Positions 48,816-61,211 of a stretch of 64,000 nucleotides of DNA are shown here, one piece after another. The notes beneath the pieces are model-generated. The model worked only from the letters and a program-made list of their open reading frames with translations, was not told the origin of the DNA and did no database searches. Within the stretch, counting starts at the first letter, position 1, and every line of letters starts with the position of its first letter. The position numbers were made by a program, and so were the translations under genes. The DNA lies in NCBI GenBank assembly GCA_037447605.1, contig CM074809.1:124001-188000 (forward strand), written 5' to 3'. Source of the stretch: Zygnema circumcarinatum SAG 698-1b. Lineage: Eukaryota > Plantae > Zygnematophyceae.

Positions 48816-51800
48816 ATGTCCTGCTCCGAGGAAACTTCGCGGGAGCTTCCCTCCCTGCCCTCCCCGGGTCGGAGCGTCGTCTTTTTCGACCTCGAGACCA
48901 CGATTCCCCTCCGCAAGGGCCAACCCACTGACGTCATCGAGTTTGCTGCTGTCGTCATCACGCTGGAGGGGTTCTATGAGACCCACGCGTTCTCCACTCT
49001 GATTCGTCCACGTCAGCAGGGTCAAATCTCCCCCCGTTCCGTTGCCTGCAACGGAATCACGGAGGAGGCCGTCAAGGAGGCGCCGTTCTTCCAGGACGTG
49101 GCGGACCGCATATTCGATCTCCTGCATGGTGGGGTTTAGGGTTTCAGGGTTATGGGAGTGCAGGGTTTGGAGCAAGCGATCGAAAAAGGGGCTCAATTTG
49201 CAAAAAAAAAAAAAAGGGAATGATATCTGAGGTTGGCCCTGTATCGAAATTAATGCAATTGGCCACAGTATGCATTTCTAATTTTTAATTTTTCATTTTT
49301 GTTTTTTTATTATGTAATTCAGGACAAATTTGGGCCGGCCACAACATCGGCGCGTTCGACAGTGTGCGGCTGCGCGCCGCCTTTCATTCGATCGAACGGA
49401 GGCCGCCGGAAGCGAGCGGAGTGGTCGACACGCTGCCGCTGCTCAGAGAGAAGTTCGGACCGAGGGCGGGGAACTTCAAGGTGCAGGAAAACTCCCAAAA
49501 CCCTAAAAAATCTGAAAGTCCTAAATTCCTAAAACCCTAAAGCGCTTAAAACCCCAAAACCGTAAAACATTTAAAAACTCTGAAAACTCTAAAACCCTAA
49601 AAATCCTAAGCCCTAAAACCCTTAAGACCCTAAAGACCCCGAAACCCTAAAACCCCTAAACACCCTAAAAGCCCTAAACCCTAAAAACCCGAAAATTCCA
49701 AAAACATGAAACCCGAATTCTTAAAACCTAGTCATGAAACTTTCTGAAATATTGGAACACTAATGTCTCCCTTCGACCTCCAAAAGTTGAAAGGTTTTCA
49801 AACCCTAATCCGGTGCTTACATGATGGCTGCTTTGTTTTATGGAGGAACAGATGGCCTCTCTAGCGGAGTATTGCGGATTGGGGAATCAGGCTCACAGGT
49901 ATACACATATATATACCCATTCCATTATTTATTTTATGTGTATTACTCGATTTGGATGGGGACTAATTGCTCTCGTCGAAGCCAGCGATGACACTTTCTA
50001 GGGTTACTTTAAGTTTTTTTTTTTCTTTTTCGTCCTTTGAAAACGAAAAGGTTGGCTTAGACTGTGTTGTAGAAGTGATCAAGGGGTTTTAAACCATTAG
50101 GGTTTAGGGTTGTAGGGTTTTGTAACTGAAAGAAGGACGAGGGGTTTGGTCGTTGATGGGGAACAGAAGTTTGGAGGATGTTCGAATGAACGTGGCGATT
50201 CTGAAGCAGTGTGCAGCAATGCTCTTTTTGGTGAGAAAACTTTTCTCAGATTTTAAAACCCTAAAAAAGGCTACTATTCTTACAGTCTAAAAAAAGTTAA
50301 TACTTTATACCCTAAAAAAGGTGAATACTCTTTATAGCCTAAACCTCCGATCCCGAAGACGAATAAACCCTGAACCCTGAAATGTCCTGGCTGAATATTT
50401 GGGTGCAGGAGAGCAGCTTCGGTTTCATTCAGAAAACCTCCTCTCCTCCCGCGGTTCAAGTTTCACGGGGGGAAAAAACCGATTTTTTCAGTCAAAGAAA
50501 GGGAAAAACGAATTCTGGAAAGTCAAAGTCCCTCTCTCCACAAGTCGCTGGAGTCCAAATTTCGACAATTGAGATAAGTGAAAAAGCGGAGTTTCTGAGA
50601 TCAGGAGCAGGAGAGGAAGGGGGTAGAGAGGGTAGAGAGAGAGAAGAGAGAGAAGCGGGAGAGGAGAGAGGAGAGAGAGAAACGAAGGATTTCGGATTCA
50701 GGGTTCAAGTGAATGCCACGATGCAGACTTCTCTCTCTGACATACGGAGACAGTTTGACGAAGAACTGAACGGAGAGCATAGAGAGAGAGTGTGTGAGGA
50801 ATCCGTTGAGGATTTTAGAGAGGTTGGGAGGGATTTGAGTGCTCAGTTTTCACAGCTATGGAAGAACGACGAAGATCCTGGAGAGAGAAGGGAGAGAGGA
50901 GAAGACGGAGAGAGAGTTGGAGGAGGAGAGTGGGGAGAAGGGGGAGAGAGAGTGAGAGATGAACAGGGAGGTGGAGAAAGAGAAGGACAGAGAGACTGGG
51001 GGAGAGATGTAGAGAAGGAGAAGAGAGAGAGGAGTGGCAGTAGAGATGTGTATGTCGCCCCAGAGAGAGGGAGAGGCGGCATTGAGACACAGAAGATAAA
51101 TTCTGAGCTTCTCACTTACTCCCGGAGTAAGCCCATCTTCAGCAAATTCTGGCACATAGAACTGCTCTACGCGGGCGCGCCCCTCCTCCTGTATGACCGC
51201 CGCATGCGAGTGCGCTACAGGTGCTCTCTCTCCCCCCCCTCTCTCTCCCTCTCTCTCTCTCTCCCTCTCTCCCTGTCCCCCCTCCTCACTCCTCCCCCTC
51301 CCTTCCTCCCTCCCTCCCCTCCCCTCCCCCTCACTCTCTCCCTCTCCCCCACTCTCTCTCCATCCTCCCTCCCCTCCCCTCCCCTTCGCTCTCTCTCCCC
51401 CCCTTTCTCTCCCCTTCTCTTTCTCTCCCCCCCCACTCTATCCCCCTCTCTCTCTCCCCCCATCCTCACTCCCTTCTCCCTTCCTCCCTCCCTCCCCTCC
51501 CTCCTCTCTCTCCCCCCTCTCTCTTTCCCTCTCTCTCTCCCCCTCCTCCCTTCCCCTCCCTCCCTTCCCTCCCCTCCACCTCTCCCTCCCTCTCTCCCTC
51601 TCCCCCCCCTCCTCATCTCTTGCTTTCTCTCTCTCTCACACGCACCACTCTCGCCTGCATGGCAGTGTGAACGACCGCTTTGGATCATGCAACCGCCCGA
51701 AATTGTCGCTTTTGGTGGAGCCATCGGATGCCACATGTCGAGCGATCAGAGCATGTGATGACATCATCAAGGCGAGTGCTGACGTCACGGACGAGTCTAT

Positions 51801-52315
51801 TTAAACTTAACATAGATTGAGTGTTTGTATTCAATGCTGGCCTCCCGTCCTGCCGCAGCCTCGTGGACGAGCACTCGCCCTCCCCCGCCATGCGCCTCCG
51901 GTGAGGCGCGGCCTCTATGCCTTTTTTTTCTGAACCCTAAAGCTCCAAAAGCCCTGAAGCCCCACTTCTTAAATTTCTAAAAAAAAATAAAACTAAATAA
52001 ATAAATAAACCCATTGAGAAAGCTAGGGGGTTTAAACAGTACGGCTGTGTCTATGGCAGGATCGCTACCGTCGGGGTTCAGGGCTGCCTCAAGTACAAGA
52101 CGCGCTTCTTCTTGAGGAGGGGGAGGGAGGGGGAGGAGGAGGAGGGGGAGGAGGGGGAGGTGGACCTGGGGAGGGTGGATCTGGGGAGGCTCCAGCAGGC
52201 GGTACGGAAGGGAAGTCTCCTGGCAGCTTCCATGGCAGTCGAGCCGTACGCCTTCCAGGGGCGGCGGGGGCTGCGCGTCGTGGCACGTCACGTCACGTTG
52301 TACGAAGGGGCTTAG
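48816..52315 (+). CDS. NEN: DEDDh 3'-5' exonuclease of the plant NEN (NAC45/86-dependent exonuclease-domain) family
   Basis: VVFFDLETT...VIEFAAV (Exo I), IWAGHNIGAFD (Exo II), KFGPRAGNFK|MASLAEYCGLGNQAHR|SLEDVRMN (Exo III with His), FL|ESS, then NEN-type C-terminal blocks RPKLSLLV and MAVEPYAFQGRRGLRVVARHV. One junction near 51770-51860 is unresolved. Confidence 0.88.
49495..49690 (-). repeat. Degenerate telomere-like (CCCTAAA-type) tract at the 5' end of NEN intron 2
   Basis: Repeated aaaaccctaaa and variants (aaaccccgaaa, agccctaaa) over about 200 bp. Confidence 0.8.
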
Positions 52316-54260
52316 GGTCTAGGAACTTGGAACTAGGTAGGGTTCAGGTCCTGTGAGGGATGAATGGATGGAAAGGGTCGACACATGCCAGTTTGACTGT
52401 AACTGTACCTGTGACTTTAACTGTAATTGTGGTTGTAACTGTAGCTGTAACTGGCCGAATTGTGACTGCACCGTAGAAAATATTGTACTATGCAACTATA
52501 CGTGCCCCCGCAACACGGCGACAGATGTCAAATTTTGTAATTCCCGTCTTCGATATTTGCGATTTTTCAATTGCCGCGCTTGCGCCAGTCGGTGTCCAAA
52601 TCTGGCGAATCGTCTGTCACCACGTGGCGTAGTTTGTCCGGCTCGTGGAGATACGATTTCCCGAAATTGCCGCTGCCTCCCGGGCTGGTGCGCTGCCCGC
52701 TCGCTACCGACAAAGCCTGTTCACGGCCGCCGGCCAAAGCCTGTCAACGGTAACCGTACTGTCGTACGGGAACTGCCAGCGAGGCAAGGCTGAAGTTTTT
52801 TTTTTTCCTGCCCTTAAGACTACAGAACATGGCCCACGTCGTGTCAGACGGACCCACAATTTTTCTTTTTTTCAAAGTGATCAACTTTGCTGACGATATT
52901 CAACTTGATGATGTCATCATTTACCTGCTCATACCTTTTCCGGGCAGCCAAAAAAGATCGAATGTACCCTTTTAGAGCCGCTGAATGGTTGGCGGGGGTG
53001 AGCCCCGAATAGGACGCCATCTGCCGTACAAAAAAAAAAAAAATGAAAGCAAAAGGAATACAGTTTGTTTTGGAATGTTGAACAAACTTTGCAGCGCGGT
53101 TTGCAACTTTGCTGCCAATTTTGTACGGGCTAATGTACCTCGAGTTTCCATTTTTCCACGCCGCCGGACAACCGTGCGATTTCTATAAATCGACGGCTGG
53201 GAGGGCTCAAAGAAATTCTGTCGTGCTGTGGCCGCATTTAAACGACGAGCGACCCAGGTCCCCTGTTGGTCACGTGGCAGCCCTGCAGGTCCCTTGGCTT
53301 TGACCGTTGACCATTGACTGCCGGCTGGCCGGCCGTTTGGCGGCCAGCCGGCCGGCAGCTGCAACCACCGTTAGCTCCGGCATTGCGGCGCCGAACCGGT
53401 ACCGTACATTTTTGTACATCGCCTATGATTTCGTACAAGGCCCTTATCCGCACATGAATGTTCGACGATTTTTCGAATCCGTATACTACAAATTTTGTCG
53501 TTTAGTGCATTTTCATTTGACGCCTTGACTTTGTCTGACTTTTGCGTCTAGATTCTACGCATGACGTGACACTAAGGACAATTTCTTTAATGATCTGATT
53601 TTTTTCCGGGCAGGCCGAATCGCAGCATAATGTGCACTTTCAGACAATTCACTGCCTGCCCGAGCCGGCCCAAACCAATCACCTTCCGTTTTTTCCTCCT
53701 GACCAAACCCAAAATATCTGACCCTAAACGATTTCACTTGAAAAAAACTCCAAAAACCGAAACTCGATTTTTCCCATTTCTTTTTTTTTCTTCGACCGTC
53801 AGTAAAGGAGGCTCCCTCGCGTCGCCAATCTTTCCACTTCTTGTCGTTTTACCAGAGTCCAAATTATTACTGACGTCAGCCCTCCCCTTCCTGGACGCTT
53901 CCCGCGTCAAAATTTCGGCACGACCCGCGACGTGGCCCTTCGTTGACCCGCGTTGACTGCCGTCCCGTTCACACCTCCCCCAGATGAGCCGCAATGTCGT
54001 CCGTACATACATCAGTACGAATATGTATTCCCGTCCAACATACCTGTCCAAATTGTGATGTGAATAAACACTGTCCGTACATGCAACGGTGAGTTCGTAC
54101 AAGTATTCGTACGCGGAGCGGCGGTCCCATCCAGCGGCCGCCACGCGTCGCGTTGACTGCGTCGTTGACCGGATCGGCTACGGAAGGCGGCGGGGGACCT
54201 AGGGCAGCGTGCCACCTGTCGCTGCGAGGAGGCGCCACTTGGGAGGGAGGGGAGGGAGGG

Positions 54261-54305
<45 letters not shown>

Positions 54306-54833
54306 TGGGAAAGGAGAGAGGGAGGTCGAGCAAGAGGGAGAGGGAGAGGGAGAGGAGAGGAACCGCAGCGGCCAACAGGTGAGTCGGAGAGGGAGAGGGA
54401 AAGGGAGAGGGAGAGAGATGAAGCGGGAGTGGGGAAGAGGGAGGGAGAGGGAGGGTGAGGGTGAGAGAGAGTGGAAATCAGATAGAGAGAGGAGTTGGGA
54501 GGAGCAATCGATTGAGAGAGGTGGTGGGACAGGGAAGGAGAGGGAGAAAGGGAGGGAGTGGAGGAGAGGGAGGGAGGGAGAGGAGGAGATCTGCTGTTCT
54601 TAAGGGTAAAGGCGGAAAAAAAAAGCCGTTTCTTTTTATTGGGGTGTCAGTGGGGCCTGAGTTCGATCCCTGTGAGAGGAAACAGCTGGCTGGCAGGGAG
54701 AGGAGGAGGAGGAGGGGGCCTGCGGAGAGCAGAGGGGAGAGATGTACTGAAAACTAGAGCATATATACTGCTCGGTACTCACAAAGACAGAGATAGGAAG
54801 AGAGAGAGAGAGCGAGAGAGACAGAGAGAGAGG

Positions 54834-54871
<38 letters not shown>

Positions 54872-54894
54872 GAGATAGAGAGAGAGAGCGAGAG

Positions 54895-54931
<37 letters not shown>

Positions 54932-56160
54932 GAGAGAGAGAGAGAGATGTGTATTCATCGGACCGATGAACAGCTGTGGGGGATGTTGGAATGACAGCTT
55001 GCAAGCGGCCGCGCTCGTTGTGTTCCGTTTGATGCCGCGGAGATCGCACATCGTTTTCAGTGAGAACGGGCCGCAAAGCGGAGGCTGAAGACATCGGCCG
55101 AGAGGATCATCCGAGAGGAGGAGGAGCTCTAATAGGCGGTGAGTGCGGGGGACGGGAGGAAAATTGAATATTAATTTAACGGGATTTGAAGTGAGATAAA
55201 GTTCATGTCGTTTCCGATTTTTTACATTTTCGGATGAATATTTCATTTGTCTAAATATAGTCCCTATAGCAGCGAATAACATTGGCAGTATTTCAGAAAG
55301 TGTGCGGGGTACACCGCGAGGGGGGAGAGAGAGAGGAAGGGAAAGAGGGGGGCGGGTGAGGTGAGGGAGGAAGGGAGGCGGGGAGGCGGGGGGAGGGGGA
55401 GGGGGGAGGAGGGAGAGAGGGAGAGAGGGAGGGAGAGAGAGTGGGAGAGGGAGGGAGAGGAAGGGAGACAGGGGGGAGAGAGAAAAAGGGGAGGGAGGGG
55501 AGAGATGGGAGGGAAAGGCGGGTGAGGGGGAGAGAAAGGGAGAGTGGGGGAGGGCGAAGGATATTGGAGTAAGCGGGGAGTAAGCGAGCGATGGAAGTTG
55601 CGAGGGGAGGGAAGGAGGAGGGGGAAAGGAGAGGGAGATATGTAGAGATCTCAATTGAGAGGGCCTATTTTCGAGTTACTTTTCTTGCTTGATGTAGTCA
55701 AAAAGTTCAAAAGACAGGATTTCGTCGAAGAAAGGAAAAAAAATTGCAAATTTGATCTAGGGCTGCCTATGCTGCAAATAGTGAGTGCGCTGGAAATGAG
55801 CGCTGAGAATAGAGGCTGCGAAAGCGGCGCTGATTGTCCTTTCCTCTCCCACCCTCTCTCCCTCCTTTCCCTCCCATCTCTCCTTTCTGTATCTGCCTGC
55901 CCCACTCTCCCTCTCTCCCTCTCTCCCCCTCTCCCTCTCTCCCCCTCTCCCTCTCTCCCTCTCTTCTTCTCTCTCTCTCTCCCTCTCTCCCTCTCTCCCT
56001 CTCTCCCTCTCTGCCCTCTCCAACACAGACGCGCTCTGGCTCACGCTGGCACTCTCCTCTTTTCCTGTCTCTCTCCCACTCTTCCTCTCTCCCCGCCTCC
56101 TTCCCAACTCCTTCCTTCCCACCAGCTTCCCCCAATGCAGAAAGCTATTTTAACTCAGAG

Positions 56161-59100
56161 ATGGCGCCGTTCTATGCAAACCCGATCCGTCCCCCTTTAC
56201 TGAATCTGAAACAGCCGTATCTCCCCTCCCCCACATGTGACCTCCCCCAGAAGCAGACGATGAGCCGCGAGAGCTCCCGCGGAGCCTCTGTGAGATCACA
56301 GAGAGGGAGACGGCCCGCAGTAACAAGATCCCCCGCAGGAGCAACGGGAGGAGAGAGAGAGACTACAGAGAGGGAGCGAGAGAGAGAGAGGGAAAGGAAG
56401 GTGGAAGGAGAGAGTGCTCCTCTCCCTCTCTGCCGTCCCGTGCACTTCCGCCACGCCCCTCCCTCCTTCCCTCCCCCTCCCCCTCTCCCTCCCCCTCTCC
56501 CTCCCCCTCCCACACCGACCTCCGCTGTCCCCTTAGTGGGCCCCATCACTCCCGTCCTTACTGCCTGCCGACCCCTTCCCGGCATCGCCTCCCCTCGCAG
56601 TTGGTCTCCTATGCAGAGCAGCGCCTCTCCCTCCAGTGAGAGAGAGCCACCAGTGGGAGCGGGAACGGGAGCGGGAGTGGGAGTGGGAGTGGTAGTGGCA
56701 GTGGGAGTGGGAGTGGCAGTGGGAGTGGGAGTGGGAGCGGGAGTGGGAGTGGGAACGGGAGCGGGAGGGGGAGCGGCAGTGGGAGGGGGAGCGGTAGCAG
56801 GAGTGGGAACAGGAATATCAACGGGAACGGTAATGGCAACAACAACAGAACTGCGAACAGCACATGGAACAGGGACCTTCATGCAAGCTGCATTGGACCC
56901 ATTGGGAGCGCTGCCATGGCTCGCGCATGAAAGCCTCTTCCAAGGATGGGATGACCTTCCGGAGGCTGCGAGTGTGGAGGGGGGAGGGAGTGGAGAGGGT
57001 GGGAGAGGCGCTACCACGTTTCCGTCGCTACTAGGGGGAGACGGGGGAGAGGGAGGAGGGCTGTTGGGAGGGGGAGAGGGAGAGGGAGGAGCGAGGAATC
57101 ATCAGTTAGGATTTGAGAGCTGGGAGGCGGAGGAAGGCGAGGCTTCCGACCTACTGGGGATAGGTGTGGACATGGACATGGATGTGTTTGAAATCGAGCA
57201 GGAGGGCCTGCAGGAATTGAGCAGGTGATCCCTCCCTCTCTCTCTCTTTCCTCTCTCTCGCTCTCTCTCTCTCTCTCTCAAACCCCATTGCTCTCCCAGT
57301 CCATTCCCCCTCCCCTCCCCCTCCCCCTTTCAATCTTCCGCCTCTTCTATCTCCGTCCCCTTAGCCCCCCCCTCCTCCCTCCCTCTCTCTCCCTCTCTTA
57401 TCTCAACCCCCTCTCTCTCTCTCTCCCTCTCTCTCTCCCTTTCAAACCCCCTTGCTCTCCCAGTCCATTCCCCCTCCCCCCTTCAATCTTCCGCCTCTTC
57501 TATCTCCGTCCCCTTAGCCCCCCCTCCTCTCTCCTCTCTCTCCCGCTCTTATCTCAACCCTCTCTCTCTCTCTCTCTCTCTCTCTCAAACCCCCTTGCTC
57601 TCCCAGTCCATTCCCCCTCCCCCCTTCAATCTTCCGCCTCTTCTATCTCCGTCCCCTTAGCCCCCCCTCCTCTCTCCTCTCTCTCCCTCTCTTATCTCAA
57701 CTCTCTCTCTCTGTCTCTCTCTCTCCCTCCCTCTCTCTCTCTCTCTCCCCCCGCCCCGGCTAACCTCTCCCTCCACCCCCACCCCCAGGCTTCCTCCCCA
57801 GGCCGCGGAGCTGGACGCCCTCTTCCAACTACCCCCCGGCTTCCTGCCCTCCTCAGCGCATTCCCATGCGCCCCCAGTTCCGCACTCAGTTTCAGAACCA
57901 GTTCTACGGCCAGTTCCACAGGCAGTTCCGCGCCCATTTCAACCACCAGCTCAACAACGAGTTCAACAGCCATCACCTCAAGGGCAACCAGTTCAACAGC
58001 AATCGGTTCAACAGCCATCACTTCAGCAACATTCAGTTCAACAGCAATCATTTCAAAAGCAATCAGTTCAACAACAGCCAGTTGGACAGGTACGCCTACC
58101 CTCGCAGCTTCAACATGAACAGCAGCAGAGTCAACAGAGTCAGCAGCAACACCAACTGCAACAAAGTCAACAACATCATCAACAAAGTCAAAGTCAACAA
58201 CAGCTCCATCAACAAAGCCAAAGTCACCAGCAGTTCCATCAGCTCCAACAGCTCCATCAGCAACTGCAACTGCAACTGCTTCAGCAGCATAGACCGCCGT
58301 CTTATGTGTCCCCCCTCCCCCCCCAACTCCCCTCCCTCCTCCCCCTACCTCCCCGGGCTCCCTCCTACCCCTTACCTGACCTCGCCTCCCTCCCTCCCCT
58401 CCCTTTCCACCCTCCCTCTCTCACCACCCTCCGCCGGACCTCCAGTGACAGCCATGCCGTGGGGAATCTCCACGCTCCCTCTTCCTCTTCCTCTCGCTCT
58501 CTCTCATCTCTTAACATTAACTCCTCCGACCCTTCCTCTAATCCCACTCCCCTTACTGGTCTCCTTGATATGCTCCGAAACATTAGAGAGAGAGAGAGAG
58601 GCTCCTATCCCCTTCTCCCAAATGAGACACGTGGAAGGAGGGAGGGAGCTCAGTACCCTCCGGCTCTTCCCAGAGCGCCACCTGTCGCTTCGTCTTATTT
58701 GGGAGCTGTTCCGCCTGTATCGGCCGATATTGGAGGGGGAGGTAGTAGAGGTAGTGGCGGAGGGAGTGGGAGAGGGAGAAGCAGTAGTCCTGCTCAGCCT
58801 CCGTTAAGGAGCGGATCGGAAGTGAGTGGGAGTGAGAGTGGGAGGGGGGAGAGAGGGAGACGACATCTGGGGAAGCGTCCTCGCTGGGGGGAGGCTTCAA
58901 GTAGGGAGGGAGAGTCCTCTACCTCTGCGGGAGCAACGGTGAGTGTGTTTACTCTTCTTTTAATTAGTCCCAATTAGCAGGTTATTTCCAAACTCGTCGG
59001 CTTCGACAAGTTTTAAACTCACAAATATAACACGAATGAAATTGCATCCTTGCTTTTCCAAATTTCAAACCACTGTAATCTCGCTACAACGATCCATAGT

Positions 59101-61211
59101 GCATCAATATGAGCTGTTACCCAAGTCAAGGTTTAACATTGTATTTGTTTTTAGCGATTATTAGCGATGTTTCGCCAGAACTGAGTGTGGGAAGAGGCGG
59201 GGTTCAGGGAGGAGATGGGGCAGCATCCAGCAGCCATGGATCTGCTGCAGGGCCAAAGGGAGGCCGGCCATGGCCGCCACCTTCGCAGAAGCAGCCATGG
59301 GGGGAGTTCACAGGGGTGACCACGAAGGTGAGCTGGAGCAGCAGGGAGGAGGGAGTGAGAGAGAGGGAGATGGAGAGGACGAGGGAGAGGCAAAGGGAGA
59401 GCGAGTGGGCCGAAGGGTGAGACGGTACTGAGGGAGAGTGAGAGAGAGAGGGACACACAGAGAAGGAGAGATAGAAAGTGATGGGGAGAGTGGGAGGGGG
59501 GAAGGGGGGGAGGGGAGGGAGAGAGGGAGATGGGGAGAGGGAAAGGAAAGAAAGAGGAGGGAGGTAGGGAGGGAGGAGGGAGGGGGTGGGGGAAGAGGGG
59601 GAGGGGAAGGTGGAGGAAGGGAGAGATAGAGAGAGAGAAAGTGAGAGAGAGAGAAAGAAAGCATTGCATGTGCGCGTTCTTAACATGTTTGAGGACTTCC
59701 AAGCTCGCCCAAATTCCTTCCACTGATAATGTTAACGTTTTTGGGCAGCCCCTTAAAATATCTCTTTGTAATATCTTTGTGCGTGTTGGCTTTGTGGCGA
59801 TGGCAGGTCCGCAAGGAGAGCCTCGGAGACCGCGTCACTGTTCTACGGCAGCTCGTGGCCCCGGCGCTGCAGAAGGTGAGGGAGGGAGGGAGGGAGGGAG
59901 GGAGGGAGGGAGGGAGAGGGAGGGAGGGAGGGAGGGGGGAGGGAGGAGGGAGGGGGGAGAAAGGGAGGGAGGGAGGGAGGGAGGAGGGAGGAAGGGGGGA
60001 GGGAGGGGGAGGAGGGAGGGGGAGGGAGGAGGGAGGGAGGGGGAGGGAGGAGGAGGAGGGAGGGAGGGAGGGAGGAGGGAGGGAGGAGGAGGGAGGGAGG
60101 GGGGAGAAAGGGAGGGAGGAGGGAGGGAGGGAGGGAGGGAGAAAGGGAGGGAGGAGGGAGGGAGGGGGAGGAGGGAGGGGGAGGGAGGGGGGAGGGAGGG
60201 AGGGAGGGAGGGAGGGGGGGAGGGAGGGGGGGAGGGAGGGAGGGAGGGAGGGAGGGAGGGAGGGGGAGGGAGGGGAAAGAGGGAGGGAGGGAGGGGGGGC
60301 TCCTGGCGTTCAAGATTTAGGGTTTAGGTGTACCTAGGTCCTTACGTTTTTTAGGGTTCAGGACGTACAGTTTTGAGGATAGGGTTTGAGAGTTTGAGGG
60401 AGGTGGTTTGAAGGTTGAAGGGTTCGAGGGCTGTTGGAGATTGAAGGGTTAATGTAGGGCTTGTTGGGTTCATGGCTTTAATATTTTCCTATTGGGGGAC
60501 TCTGTAAGTAAAAATGCAAAAATAATGATTGATTAAACCAAAACTATTACAAAATTTTAATTCTAATTTTTTTTTTTTTTTTTTTTTGCAGAGCGACACG
60601 GCGACCGTGCTGGGGGAGGTGGTGGCGTACCTCCGCAGCACGCACAGGAGGCTCAAGGAGGAGCTGGGCGAGCAGGGAGGGGAGGGAGGCAGGAAGGAGG
60701 AGGGAGGGAAAGCGGGAAAGAAGGGGAAGCAGCAGGTGAGAGAGGGGGAGGGAGGGAGGGGGGGAGGGAGGGAGGGAGGGGGAGAGAGATTGAGAGAGAG
60801 GCTTCCACCTTTTCATCTTTTTTTTTCCGTGCTTACGCACAACAAATAAAAAATTTAGAATGTCCCTCTCAATTTTCCTTCTGCTCTAAAAAAAGAATCG
60901 AAGGATTGAAAGGCGTGCTCTCCATCCTGCACTGCTGGATGGTCGAAATTTTGGAAAGAGTTTGAGAGGTGGAGGTGCGGTGTTCAAACCTTGCGGATGG
61001 CGCATCAGTTTCTTTTGCTACACTCATGTTAATTATTATTATTTTTTTTTTTGGGGAGCAGAAGGAGGAGAGTTCCGGGCAGCCTCAGAAAGATTTGAGG
61101 CGTCACGGGTTTGTCCTTGTCCCTGTTTCGTCGGCCGAACGAGCCACACAAATAAGCGAGAGGAAGGCAGAAAAGTTTGAGGAGCGCAGCCCGGATATCT
61201 CGGGCAGGTGA
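56161..61211 (+). CDS. bHLH transcription factor, plant subfamily X (bHLH68/112/123-like), about 900 aa with a low-complexity N-terminus
   Basis: K|VRKESLGDRVTVLRQLVAPALQK|SDTATVLGEVVAYLRSTHRRLK (exons 59807-59875 and 60592-60734) matches the subfamily X pattern [29 protein letters not shown]. C-terminal QKDLRRHGFVLVPVS matches DLRSRGLCLVPVS. Upstream exons 56161-57224 and 57789-58938 join in phase. The start codon is tentative. Confidence 0.85.
57278..57700. repeat. Three-copy minisatellite (about 145-165 bp unit) in a bHLH intron
   Basis: ctcaaacccc(a/c)ttgctctcccagtccattccccc...ttcaatcttccgcctcttctatctccgtccccttagccccccc starts near 57278, 57440 and 57585. Confidence 0.85.
59878..60299 (+). 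repeat. 422-nt uninterrupted purine (G/A) tract, mostly (GGGA)n, in the intron splitting the bHLH domain
   Basis: No C or T read between 59878 and 60299. Confidence 0.92.

Noticed and set aside
51771-51860. GC-AG intron in NEN (AAG|GCGAGT), and likewise at about 9914 in the adenylate kinase
   Set aside because: Phases do not resolve uniquely with the next exon. Unlike the UAP1 case, the GC donor is not forced by homology.
52480-53520. Possible TIR element in the NEN-bHLH intergenic region
   Set aside because: Only short scattered complementarities and one 11-bp-stem hairpin (about 53320-53352); no paired termini or TSD could be defined.
57866-58807. 313-aa QFNSN-repeat ORF as an independent gene
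   Set aside because: It overlaps the bHLH exon whose splice phases fit the other frame. CAG/CAA-rich repeats lack stop codons in shifted frames.
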